From NCBI GenBank assembly GCA_963805945.1, contig CAWDVP010000008.1, positions 1 to 64,000 on the forward strand: 64,000 bases of DNA, written 5' to 3'. A program made the translations under genes and the position numbers. Origin of the DNA: Vulcanimicrobiota bacterium (lineage in GTDB: Bacteria; Vulcanimicrobiota; Vulcanimicrobiia; Eremiobacterales; Eremiobacteraceae). Position 1 is the stretch's first letter. Each line of letters begins with the position of its first letter. This document shows, piece by piece, positions 51,702 to 61,012 of the stretch. Under the pieces are notes generated by a model that did no database searches, was not told the DNA's origin, and saw nothing but the letters and a program-made list of their open reading frames with translations.

Positions 51702-51733
51702 CCGTCACGCTTGCGAGCAGTGCCGACAAGCGC

Positions 51734-51759
51734 GGGTCGATCTGAAGATCGACCCCTAC
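51734..51759 (-). repeat. REP family A single copy
   Basis: GGGTCGATCTGAAGATCGACCCCTAC, identical to 51036-51061. Confidence 0.88.
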
Positions 51760-51897
51760 ATACGAAGCGGTCGTTAGATCGACTACATCGAGGCTGGTGG
51801 GGGGAGGGCGCAGTGGCGGCGCGACGAACCTTGTGCTCCTTCGGCACGCGGCGCGGTTCCAGTGCGCTGTGGCTGTCGCTCGAAAGAGGGGACCTGC

Positions 51898-53080
51898 ATG
51901 GGCCTGACGCGACGTGATTTCCTCAAAGCCGGGCTCGCTGCCGGCGGGCTGGGCTTGCTGCCGCAGACGCTGCCGTCGCGCGCCGCGGCGAAAGATGCCC
52001 TGAAGATCGGCGTCATCTTGCCGTCATCAGGCGTCTATGCGGAGCTCGGTGACCAGATCGGCAAAGGCATGCGCCTCTACTTCGACGAGGTGCACAACAA
52101 GGCGGGCGGCCGCGAGATCGTGGTCATCAACGAGAACGAATCGAGCGATCCGAGCGTCGCCGTCACCAAGGCGACCAAGTTATCCAGTCCGACAAGGTCG
52201 ACCTGCTCGCCGGCATCGTCGCGACCCCTGCCGCGTACGCCATCCGCGATCTCGTCACCGATCGCAGGTCCCGCTCATCATCGCGAACGCAGGCGGCAAC
52301 GCGTTGACGCGCGCGCGCAAGAGCCCGTACATCTTCCGCACGAGCTTCAGCGCCTGGCAGTTCGCCAATCCGCTCGGCACGTGGACCGCCAACCATCTCA
52401 ACAAGCAGGTCTTCGTCATCGCCGCCGATTACGCGTACGGCCGCGAGAGCGCGCAAGGATTCAAAGACGCGTTCGTCGCCGCCGGCGGCAAGGTCACGGA
52501 TGAGGTCTACCCGCCATTGGGCAGCCCCGACTTCACCCCGTACATCGCCAAGATCGCATCGGCCAAGCCCGACGTGCTCTTCGGCTTCCTGGCGGGCAGC
52601 GACGCCACCATCTTCTTACGCCAGTTCCAGCAGTTCGGACTTTCGAAATCGATCAAGCTCGCGGTGATCGGCGACATGGTCGAGGAGAACACGCTGTCGG
52701 CCGTCGGCGACGCGGCGCTCGGGGCGCATAGCACGTTGCACTGGGCGCTGCTGCTCAAGAACCCGGAGAACGACCGCTTCGTGCAAGACTACTCGATCCG
52801 CTACGGCGGCGATCCGAGCGTCTATTCGATGCGCGGCTTCGACACCGCGCACACCATCGTCGACGCGGTCAACCGGCTCGACGGCGACACCTCCAACAAG
52901 AAAAACGTCATCGCGGCGTTCGAGGCGGTGCGCTTCAATAGTCCGCGCGGCCCGTTCGAATTCGACCCGGTCACGCACAACGTCATCCAGGACATCTACC
53001 TGCGCGAGGTGATCCTCACCGGCACGGGCGTGCACAACAAGGTGGTCGCCGACCTCGGGCGCATCCGCGACCCAGGCTAA
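51898..53080 (+). CDS. ABC transporter substrate-binding protein (Liv/aromatic-acid type), Tat signal; frameshifts near 52180-52265
   Basis: TRRDFLK Tat motif, KIGVILPSSGVYAELG, YIFRTSF, ADYAYG, SPRGPF..THNVIQDIYLREV. Confidence 0.9.
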
Positions 53081-53116
53081 AGGCGGCGCGGCGGCCGACG
53101 GCGCACTACAATAGCC

Positions 53117-53977
53117 GTGCCGCCACAGCTCCTCGCGATACAAGGGCTCAACAGCGTGGCATTCGCCATGCTGTTGTTCTTGTTGGCCGCCGGCTTCTCG
53201 CTCATCTACGGCGTCGGGCGCATCGCGAACCTCGCGCACGGCACGTTCTACATGCTGGGCGCGTACGTCGGCTACACGGTGGCGCAGCGGACGGGGAACT
53301 TCTGGCTGGCGCTCCTCGTCGCGCCGCTGTTAGGCGCCGCGCTCGGCTGGCTGGTGGAGCGCACGCTCCTGCGACGGCTGCACGGCCGAGAGCTCGACCA
53401 AGTGCTGCTCACCGTCGGACTCGCCTTCATCCTCGCCGATGTCATCCGCGCGATCTGGGGCGCCGACATCCGATCCTCGCCGACCCCGCCCGGCCTGAGC
53501 ACGCTCGTGCCGATCTTCGGCCTGCAGTATCCGGCCTACCAGCTCTTCGTCATCGGCGTCGGCGTCGGCGTCTTCATCGGACTGCAGCTGGCGCTGCGCA
53601 GCGCGTGGGGCGCTCGGCTGCGGGCGGTGGCGACCGATCCCGAGATCGCCGCCTCGCTCGGGGTGAGCGCAGGCGCGATCGCATCGATCACATTCGCCGC
53701 CGCGGTCGCGCTCGCTGCGTTCGGCGGAGCAGTGGGTGGACCGATCATCGCGCTCGCGCCGGGGCTGGATCTCACGATGATGCTGCTCGCGCTCATCGTC
53801 GTCGTCGTCGGCGGTCTCGGCAGCGTCGCGGGAGCGATGCTCGGCGCGATCATCGTCGCGCTCGTCGACGGTTTCGGCCGGGTGCTGTTCCCGGAGTACG
53901 CGACGTTCCTCATCTTCGCGCTCATGGTGATCGTGCTGGGGTTCCGTCCGCAAGGGCTGCTCGGCAGACGTGGCTAG
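53117..53977 (+). CDS. Branched-chain amino acid-type ABC permease (LivH-like)
   Basis: GFSLIYGV..NLAHGTFYMLGAY, VVVVGGLGSV, RPQGLLG. Confidence 0.93.
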   Translation: MPPQLLAIQGLNSVAFAMLLFLLAAGFSLIYGVGRIANLAHGTFYMLGAYVGYTVAQRTGNFWLALLVAPLLGAALGWLVERTLLRRLHGRELDQVLLTVGLAFILADVIRAIWGADIRSSPTPPGLSTLVPIFGLQYPAYQLFVIGVGVGVFIGLQLALRSAWGARLRAVATDPEIAASLGVSAGAIASITFAAAVALAAFGGAVGGPIIALAPGLDLTMMLLALIVVVVGGLGSVAGAMLGAIIVALVDGFGRVLFPEYATFLIFALMVIVLGFRPQGLLGRRG

Positions 53978-54882
53978 CGGACACTACAGATCGTACATAC
54001 TTGTGGGCGTCGGCGCGCTTGCCGCCCTCATCCCATTCGCGCTGCACGGCTATCCGCTGTATCTCGCGACCGAAGTCGTCCTCTATGCCGTCGCCGCGGT
54101 CGCGCTCGACCTGCTCGTCGGCTACGCCGGGCTCACCTCGCTCGGCCAAGCGGCCTTCTTCGGCATCGGCGCGTACGCCGCGGCGATCGTCGCCTCGCAC
54201 TACGGGCCGGTCCTCGCGCTCACGCTCGCGGCGGGGTTCGCCGCGGCAGCGCTGTTCGGCGCCGTCATCGCGCCGCTGTGCCTGCGCAGCGCGGGCATCT
54301 TCTTCCTTATGATAACGCTCGCGTTCGCGCCAGCTGGTGTGGGCGACCGCCGACAAGTGGCATGCGCTCACCGGCGGCAGCGACGGGCTCGTGGTCGCGA
54401 AGCTGCCTATGAGCGACACCGTCTTCTACGCGATATCGGTCGCGCTGTTGATCGCGGTGCTGCTCGGTCTCGGCCGTTTGGTGCGCTCGCCGTTCGGACG
54501 CGTGCTCGATGCGGTCCGTCAGAACGAGACCCGCGCGCGCGCGCTCGGGCTCGCCGCCTTCTGGTACAAGTACTGGGCCTTCGTGCTTGCCGGCGGCATC
54601 ACCGCGCTCGCGGGCGTGCTGCACGCGCACCATCGCAATTTCGTCAGCCTCGCCGACTTGAGCTGGAGCAATTCGGTCTTGCTGCTCGTCATGGTGCTGC
54701 TCGGCGGCGCGCGCACGCTGTGGGGCGGCGTGCTGGGCGCGGCGATCTTCGTGCTGCTCCAGGCGTGGATCAGCTCGAAGACCGATCAGTGGGAGAGCTT
54801 CGTCATCGGCGCGGTGCTCATCGCCATCGTGCTCTTCACCCGCCGCGGACTCGCCAGCTTGGTGGAGGTCCGACATGGTTGA
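53970..54882 (+). CDS. Branched-chain amino acid-type ABC permease (LivM-like); frameshift near 54330
   Basis: GYAGLTSLGQAAFFGIGAY, FLMITLAF, TGGSDG, SPFGRVL..RQNE, LLGG..TLWG. Confidence 0.92.
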
Positions 54883-56341
54883 ACTGCGCGTCGAGGCGCT
54901 CACCAAACGTTTTGGCGGCGTGCTCGCGCTCGATGCCGTCAGCCTCAGCGTCGCGGGCGGCGAACGCCGTGCGATCATCGGCCCCAACGGCGCGGGCAAG
55001 AGCACGCTGTTCGCGTGCATCAGCGGGCAGGAGCGGCCGACCGCCGGCAGCGTCGCGATCGCCGGACGCGCGACGCGCGGCATGCCGTCCGAGGCCATCG
55101 CGCGCCTCGGCGTCGCGCGCACGTTCCAGATGAGCAGCCTCTTCACCGAGTGCAGCGTGCTCGAAAACGTCGTGTTCGGTGCGCTCGCCGCGACCGGCCA
55201 CGCGTGGAGCATCGGTAAACCCCTCGACCGTTTTCCGGACTGCGAGCGCGCCGCACGCGCAGCGCTCGACGCGGTCGGTCTCGCCGGCAAAGCCGATGAT
55301 GATGCCGCGTCGCTGTCGCACGGCGAGTCACGCCAGCTCGAGATCGCGGCCGCGCTGGTGCAGCGCCCCACGCTGCTGCTGCTCGACGAACCGCTCGCCG
55401 GTCTCGCCGCAAGCGAGCGCGAGCGCATCGGCAAACTCTTGCTCGGCTTGCCGCGCGACATCACCGTGCTCCTCATAGAACACGACCTCGACTTCGCGCA
55501 GGCCTTCGCCGATCGGACGACCGTGCTCGACAACGGCGTCGTGCTCGCCGAAGGCACGCCGTTCGAGGTGCGCGATGACCCGGCCGTGCAGGCCGTGTAT
55601 CTGGGCACCGGCGGCGCCGCGCCCGCCCGGCCGGAACGCGGCGGCGGCGAGGAGTTGCTGCGCGTGCGCGGGCTCTCGTGCGGCTATGGTCCTTCGCTCG
55701 TGCTCGACGATATGAACATCGAAGTGCGGCGCGGCGAGGTCGTGGCGATCCTCGGCCGCAATGGCATGGGCAAGAGCACGCTGCTGAACTGCATCATGGG
55801 GTTCTTGCCGGCCCGTTCCGGCGTCATCGCGCTGGCCGGCGCCGACGTCACGAAGGCTTCGACGCTCACCCGCGCGCGGCGCGGTTGCGCGGTCGTGCCG
55901 CAGGGCCGACGCATGCTCGAGGGCTTGACGGTGGCCGAGGAGCTCACCTTGGCCTCGCATCCCGGACCCTGGACGCGCGAGCGCGTGCTCGCGCTGTTCC
56001 CGCGACTCGTCGAACGGCTCAATTCGCAAAGCCAGACCCTTTCGGGAGGCGAGCAGCAGATGACGGCGATCGGCCGGGCGTTGATGCGCAACCCCGCGCT
56101 GCTCATGATGGACGAACCGAGCGAGGGCTTGAGTCCGACGCTGGTCCGCGCGCTCGAGCGGACCATCTCCTCGCTGCGCGATGACGGCGAGACGGTGCTG
56201 CTCGCCGAGCAGAACGTCGATCTCGCGCTGGCCGTCGCCGATCGCGTCTACGTCATCGAGCACGGCAAGGTGGTCGAACACGGATCCGCCGCCGCATTGT
56301 CCGCGCAACGCTCGCGCCTGGCCGAGAGCCTGGGGCTCTAA
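54875..56341 (+). CDS. Fused double ABC ATPase (LivG+LivF-like)
   Basis: Two Walker A motifs (GPNGAGKST; GRNGMGKST) with LSHG/LLLDEP and LSGGEQQM/MMDEP in one frame. Confidence 0.93.
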   Translation: MVELRVEALTKRFGGVLALDAVSLSVAGGERRAIIGPNGAGKSTLFACISGQERPTAGSVAIAGRATRGMPSEAIARLGVARTFQMSSLFTECSVLENVVFGALAATGHAWSIGKPLDRFPDCERAARAALDAVGLAGKADDDAASLSHGESRQLEIAAALVQRPTLLLLDEPLAGLAASERERIGKLLLGLPRDITVLLIEHDLDFAQAFADRTTVLDNGVVLAEGTPFEVRDDPAVQAVYLGTGGAAPARPERGGGEELLRVRGLSCGYGPSLVLDDMNIEVRRGEVVAILGRNGMGKSTLLNCIMGFLPARSGVIALAGADVTKASTLTRARRGCAVVPQGRRMLEGLTVAEELTLASHPGPWTRERVLALFPRLVERLNSQSQTLSGGEQQMTAIGRALMRNPALLMMDEPSEGLSPTLVRALERTISSLRDDGETVLLAEQNVDLALAVADRVYVIEHGKVVEHGSAAALSAQRSRLAESLGL

Positions 56342-56344
56342 GCC

Positions 56345-57073
56345 CTACTTCGCGATGGCGTAGCGCACTTCGAGCGTCGGTCCGTAGACCGCGTTCTTGT
56401 CGGCCAGATCCTGCGTCGGGACGAAGTGCGCGATGTAGTTGATCGCGCGGAAGCCGAGCGCGTAGCTAAAGCGTTTATCGCGCAGCACGTAGGCGAAGGA
56501 CACGTCGGTGGCTTCGGCCTTTTCGCTCGTGAGATTGGCGGCCGGCACTTCGACGCCGGCGACAAGGTAGCTGACTTTGCCCTGCAGCGACGGCATGAAC
56601 GCCGCACGCAGCTCGAGAGAGCCGGAGCGGCCGGAGGGCAGATACGCCACCGCCTCGTACCGGCCGCCGGCCAGGCGCGACGCCGCGGCGAGCGGCGGCG
56701 AGCCCAGCGACGTGATCTGATTGAAGATCGTGACGCCGCCGCCGAGCCAGTAGCGTCCCGTCCGCTCGAGCCTGACGTGCGAGACGGCGCTGAACAGCGA
56801 GAAGGACGTGAACGGTTGCGGATAGCCGGAGGGCGTGGCGAGATAGCCGTGCCCGCCGGTCGTGGGCACTCCCTCCAGCTCGAGATCGAGAGCGCGCCAG
56901 GCCTGCCGCGCGCGCAGCAGCGCTGCCACACCGCTGATCGGCGTCGTGGTGTCGGGCTGGAGATGTGCACCGGTGATGGCGATGCCCTGGATGCCGATCG
57001 TCGTCTCGGCGAGCGCCGGCGCCCGCAGCAGCGCGAGCAGGGCGATGAGGAGCAGACCTATTCGCAGGGCCAC
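56345..57073 (-). CDS. Hypothetical secreted protein, probable small outer-membrane beta-barrel
   Basis: Signal peptide LRIGLLLIALLALLRAPALA, alternating beta strands, C-terminal YGPTLEVRYAIAK. Confidence 0.6.
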   Translation of the reverse strand: MALRIGLLLIALLALLRAPALAETTIGIQGIAITGAHLQPDTTTPISGVAALLRARQAWRALDLELEGVPTTGGHGYLATPSGYPQPFTSFSLFSAVSHVRLERTGRYWLGGGVTIFNQITSLGSPPLAAASRLAGGRYEAVAYLPSGRSGSLELRAAFMPSLQGKVSYLVAGVEVPAANLTSEKAEATDVSFAYVLRDKRFSYALGFRAINYIAHFVPTQDLADKNAVYGPTLEVRYAIAK

Positions 57074-58059
57074 TAACGCGTCAGGGTCGCCGCCGCGTGC
57101 TCGCCACCCTCCACCACAGCGCCCGGTTCCACGCTGACGCCCGCGCCGATGACCGCGTCGGTCACCCGCGCGCCCGCGCCGATCTTCGCGCCGCTCCACA
57201 AGATGGAGCGCTCGATCTTCGCGCCGGCGCCGATCACCGCATCGCTGCCGATGCACGACGGCGCCACGACGGTCGCGCTCGAGTCGACGCTGCAACCGCG
57301 CCCGAGCAGCACGCCGTCGAGCATCACCGCGCCGTCGCCCGGCGTGAGCCGGACGCGGCCTTCGAGCGCGTCGCGATGGACGCGCCGGTATTCGGCCGGC
57401 GTGCCGACGTCGCACCAATACGCGTCTTGGCTCATGCCGAAGAAGCGCTCTTCAGAATGGAGCAGATGCGGGAACACCTGTTTACCGAAATCGTAGAACG
57501 TGTTCGCCGGGATGTGCTCGAGGACGCTCGGCTCGAAGATATAGACGCCGGTGTTGACGAGCTTGGAGAGCTCGGTTCCCGGAGCCGGTTTCTCTTGGAA
57601 GCTGCGGATGCGGCCGTCCTCATCCGTGACGACGACGCCATATTGGCTGACGTCCGCCGCGCGCGTGAGCACGATCGTCGCGGTCGCCCGCCGCGCGCGG
57701 TGGAAGGCGAGCGCCGCCGGCAAGTCGATGGTGGTCACGTCGTCGCAGCCGATGACGATGAACGTCTCGGTGAAGCTGCCCGCGAGCTGCTTGACCGCGC
57801 CGGCGCTGCCCATGAGCTCGGTCTCGTGGAGGTAGTTGACCTTCGCGTTCCAGCGCGAGCCGTCGCCGACGAACTGTCGCACCGCGTCCGAGAAGTAGTG
57901 GACGTTGATGGCGATATCGCCGACGCCTGCACGCTGGAGATAGTCGAGCACGTGGGCCACGACCGGGCGGTCGAGCACGGGTACGAGCGGCTTCGGCAGC
58001 TTCAGCGTCAAGGGATAGAGCCGTGTCGAAAGACCACCGGCCAATATCATGCCGCGCAC
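57073..58059 (-). CDS. NDP-sugar pyrophosphorylase (mannose-1-phosphate guanylyltransferase-like)
   Basis: ILAGGLSTRLYPLT..PKPLVPV, GSAGAVK, FQEKP, NTGVYIF, YWCDVGT, hexapeptide tail. Confidence 0.92.
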   Translation of the reverse strand: MRGMILAGGLSTRLYPLTLKLPKPLVPVLDRPVVAHVLDYLQRAGVGDIAINVHYFSDAVRQFVGDGSRWNAKVNYLHETELMGSAGAVKQLAGSFTETFIVIGCDDVTTIDLPAALAFHRARRATATIVLTRAADVSQYGVVVTDEDGRIRSFQEKPAPGTELSKLVNTGVYIFEPSVLEHIPANTFYDFGKQVFPHLLHSEERFFGMSQDAYWCDVGTPAEYRRVHRDALEGRVRLTPGDGAVMLDGVLLGRGCSVDSSATVVAPSCIGSDAVIGAGAKIERSILWSGAKIGAGARVTDAVIGAGVSVEPGAVVEGGEHAAATLTR

Positions 58060-58084
58060 GATCTACATCCTCGGTTCTTAGAGC

Positions 58085-58838
58085 TTACGAGTGCTGTCTG
58101 CTCCGCAGCGCTTGGCCCATCGCCCGTGCGGCGAACACCGGCAGCACGAGCTGCCTTCGCAGTCTGCGCGGTTCGCGCACGAGCCGGTAAAGCCATTCCA
58201 AGCCCGCGCTCCGGAGCGCCTGGGGCGCTCGCGCCAGTTTTCCGGAGAGCACATCGAACGAACCGCCGACGCCGACGCACACCGCGCCGCCGACCTCGGC
58301 GAGGTTGTCGCGGATCCAGTATTCCTGTCGCGGGAATCCCAGGCCGGCGAAGACGAGCCGCGCGCCCGATGCGCGAATCCGCAAGCAGACGTCGTCGCTC
58401 TCATCGTCGTCGAAGTAGCCGTGCTCGGCGCCGGCGATCTTCAGTCCTTGATGACGCTGCGCGAGGGCGGCGGCTGCGGCAGCGGCGACGCCATCCGCGC
58501 CTCCCACCGAGATAGATGGGATCGCCGCGGCGCGCGGCCTCGGCGCACACGCGCTCCAAGAGGTCGATGCCTGCGACGCGCTCGGGGACCGGTTTGCCGA
58601 GCCAGCGCGCCGCCATCACGATGCCCACGGTGTCCGGCACGACGAGGTCGGCCGCGTTGATGACGTCGCGGTAGCGTTCGTCGCCATACGCGAGGTTCGC
58701 CATCTCCGCGCCGAGGGTCACGACGTGGGCCGGGCGCCTGCGTCGAGCAGCGCTACGATGCGGGCGACCGCGTCCTCGGCGCCGACCCGGTCGACGCGGC
58801 AGCCGAGAACGTGCAAGGCGATCGGGCGAGTCGCTCAA
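58085..58838 (-). CDS. WecB/TagA/CpsF family glycosyltransferase; frameshifts
   Basis: HVVTLGAE, ADLVVPDTVG, ERVAGIDL, HGYF, GLGFPRQE, GVGGSFDV, LEWLYRL..EPRR. Confidence 0.9.
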
Positions 58839-59741
58839 ACCGTCGATTTCGCCCGGCCGACGCGCTCGCTCCATGCGTCGAGCGCCTTGGCAAGCGCGCG
58901 CGCCTGTTCCGGGTCGAGTTCGCACAGCGGCGCTCGACAGCGTCCGGCCGAGAAGCCGAAGCGCTGCATGGCCGCCTTCACCGGGATGGGGCTCGTCACC
59001 GCGAACAGCGCCTTGATGAGCGGCAGCAACGTTTGGTGCAGCGTGGCGGCGAGCAGGACCTCGCCCGCCTCATAGGCGACGCACATCTCGAGTTATCTCG
59101 TCGCCGGCGACATGGCTGGCGACGCTCACGACGCCGCAGCCGCCGATCGCCAGCACGGGCAGCGTGAGATGATCGTCACCGGAGTAGACATCGAAGCCCT
59201 CCGGCGCTTTGACGATGAGCTCGCCGATCTGCATCAGGTCGCCGCTCGACTCCTTGACCGCCACGATGCGCGGATGCTTGCTCAGCGCGACGATGGTGTC
59301 CGGGAGGATGTTGACGGCCGTGCGCCCGGGGATGTTATAGATCATGATCGGCAGGTCCACGCTGTCCGCGATCTGCGTGTAGTGCGCGATGAGACCCGCC
59401 TGCGGCGGCTTGTTGTAGAACGGCCCGACGACGAGCAGGGCGTCGACGCCGCTCGCCTCGGCCTTCTTGCTCAATTCAATGGAGTGGCGCGTGCTGTTGC
59501 CGCCGGTGTTCGCGATGATCTTCGCCCGCCCGCCGATCTCCGCGACCACCTCGGCGAACAGCTTGGTCTTCTCGGCGTCGTCGAGCGTCGGCCCCTCGCC
59601 GGTCGTTCCGGCGAGCACCAAGCCGCTGCTGCCGTGTTCGCAGAGCCAGCTCGCCAACCGCCGCGCCTGCGCGTAGTCCACCGCGCCGTCGTCGCGCATC
59701 GGCGTGATCATCGCGGTGACGACCGGTCCGAAACGTGCCAT
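58835..59741 (-). CDS. dapA: 4-hydroxy-tetrahydrodipicolinate synthase; frameshift near 59085
   Basis: TAMITP, GTTGE, FYNKPPQ, YNIPGRT, VKESSG, SGDD, SPIPVKAA. Confidence 0.96.
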
Positions 59742-59770
59742 TGCCGTGTTCCTTCTGCCGCGCTGCGCGG

Positions 59771-61012
59771 CTAGAGATCGAAGTGTTTGTGGAGCGCCGC
59801 CTCTGCCGTCGGCGCGAGCACGCCGGGCACGAGGATGGAGATGGTGATGTTCGAGTCCGTGCTATGGATGATCGGCACGCCTGCCTCGACGAGCGCCTGC
59901 ACGACCGCGAACATGACGCCGGGTCGATCGCGCATGCCTGCGCCGACGATCGAGACCTTCGCACAGTCGCGCGTCGCGCGCGCCGCGACCGACATCGCGT
60001 CGAGGAGCTTGCGGCTGCGCTCCAAGTCGCGTTCGCGCACGGTGAAGAACACGCCGGCGCGGTTGACGTTGATGCAGTCGAGGTTGATATTCGCCTCGGC
60101 GAACGCCCTGAACACCTCGCGCTCCCAGCCGCCGGGCATGGCGGCGGCTTCCGGCAGGACGTGAAGGAACGCATAACCGCCGACCGAGGCGATGCCCGAC
60201 ACCGGTTTGTCCGGATCGATCGTGCGCTCGCCGGTCACCGTCGTGCCTGCGCCCGAACGCATGCCGCGCACCGCATAGGGGATGTGGGACTCGTACGCGA
60301 GCTGCGCCGCGCGGTCGTGCATGACGCCGGCGCCATTGGCGGCGAGCTCGTTCACTTCTTCAAAGGTGAGCGCACTGACCCCGTGCGCGTCGTTCACGCG
60401 TTTCGGGTCTGCGGTCATGACGCCGTCCACGTCGGTGAAGATCTCGCAGCGCACGTCGCCCAGCGCCCGCGCGAGCGCCACCGCGCTCAGATCGCTGCCG
60501 CCGCGGCCAAGGGTCGTGACCGTGCCGTCCGGTGCGGCGCCTTGGAAGCCGGCGATGACCGGCACGACGCCGCTATCGAGGAGCGCCTTCACGGCCGCAG
60601 GATCCACTGCGGCGATGCGTGCGCCGCCATGCTGCGCATCGGTGCGGATACCGGCCTGCGCACCGGTGAGCGCGAGTGAGGCGACGCCGTCGGACTCGAG
60701 CAGCGCGGCGAAGATCCCCGCGCTGATCGTCTCGCCGCACGACAGCAGCAGATCGCGGTTGGCGCCGTCGCCGCCGGGTGCGAGCGCGAGCAGTGAGTCG
60801 GTGGCGTACGGCGCGGGCGAGCGGCCCATGGCGGACACGACGACGGCCGGACGCCGCCCGGCGGCGACGGCCGCCTTGACGTGCTGCACCGCGATGTGCC
60901 GCAACTCGTCGCTCGCGAGCGACGAGCCGCCGAACTTCATGACGACGACCTCACTCTTGTTTGCGGGCTTTGGAGCGGTCGACTTCAGTCGACCGTCGTC
61001 TTTCGACTTCAC
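59771..61012 (-). CDS. Aspartate kinase (DapG/LysC-like)
   Basis: MKFGGSS, VVVSAMGR..PYATD, GFQG..TTLGRGGSD, TDVDGVMTADP, KVSIVGAGM. Confidence 0.95.
   Translation of the reverse strand: MKSKDDGRLKSTAPKPANKSEVVVMKFGGSSLASDELRHIAVQHVKAAVAAGRRPAVVVSAMGRSPAPYATDSLLALAPGGDGANRDLLLSCGETISAGIFAALLESDGVASLALTGAQAGIRTDAQHGGARIAAVDPAAVKALLDSGVVPVIAGFQGAAPDGTVTTLGRGGSDLSAVALARALGDVRCEIFTDVDGVMTADPKRVNDAHGVSALTFEEVNELAANGAGVMHDRAAQLAYESHIPYAVRGMRSGAGTTVTGERTIDPDKPVSGIASVGGYAFLHVLPEAAAMPGGWEREVFRAFAEANINLDCINVNRAGVFFTVRERDLERSRKLLDAMSVAARATRDCAKVSIVGAGMRDRPGVMFAVVQALVEAGVPIIHSTDSNITISILVPGVLAPTAEAALHKHFDL
60972..60995 (+). repeat. REP family B inside the aspartokinase 5' end
   Basis: GGAGCGGTCGACTTCAGTCGACCG; translated GRLKSTA. 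Confidence 0.85.

Noticed and set aside
14351..51759. Palindromic repeats as a CRISPR array
   Set aside because: Copies are dispersed or in inverted pairs with 13-14 nt gaps, not direct repeats with 30-40 nt unique spacers; no cas genes seen.
54875..56341. Fused LivG-LivF ATPase as a novelty
   Set aside because: Such fusions are a known variant of this transporter family.
58839..58860. Possible degenerate REP-B at the dapA C-terminus (GRAKSTV)
   Set aside because: Only about 13 of 21 nt match and the palindrome is poor.
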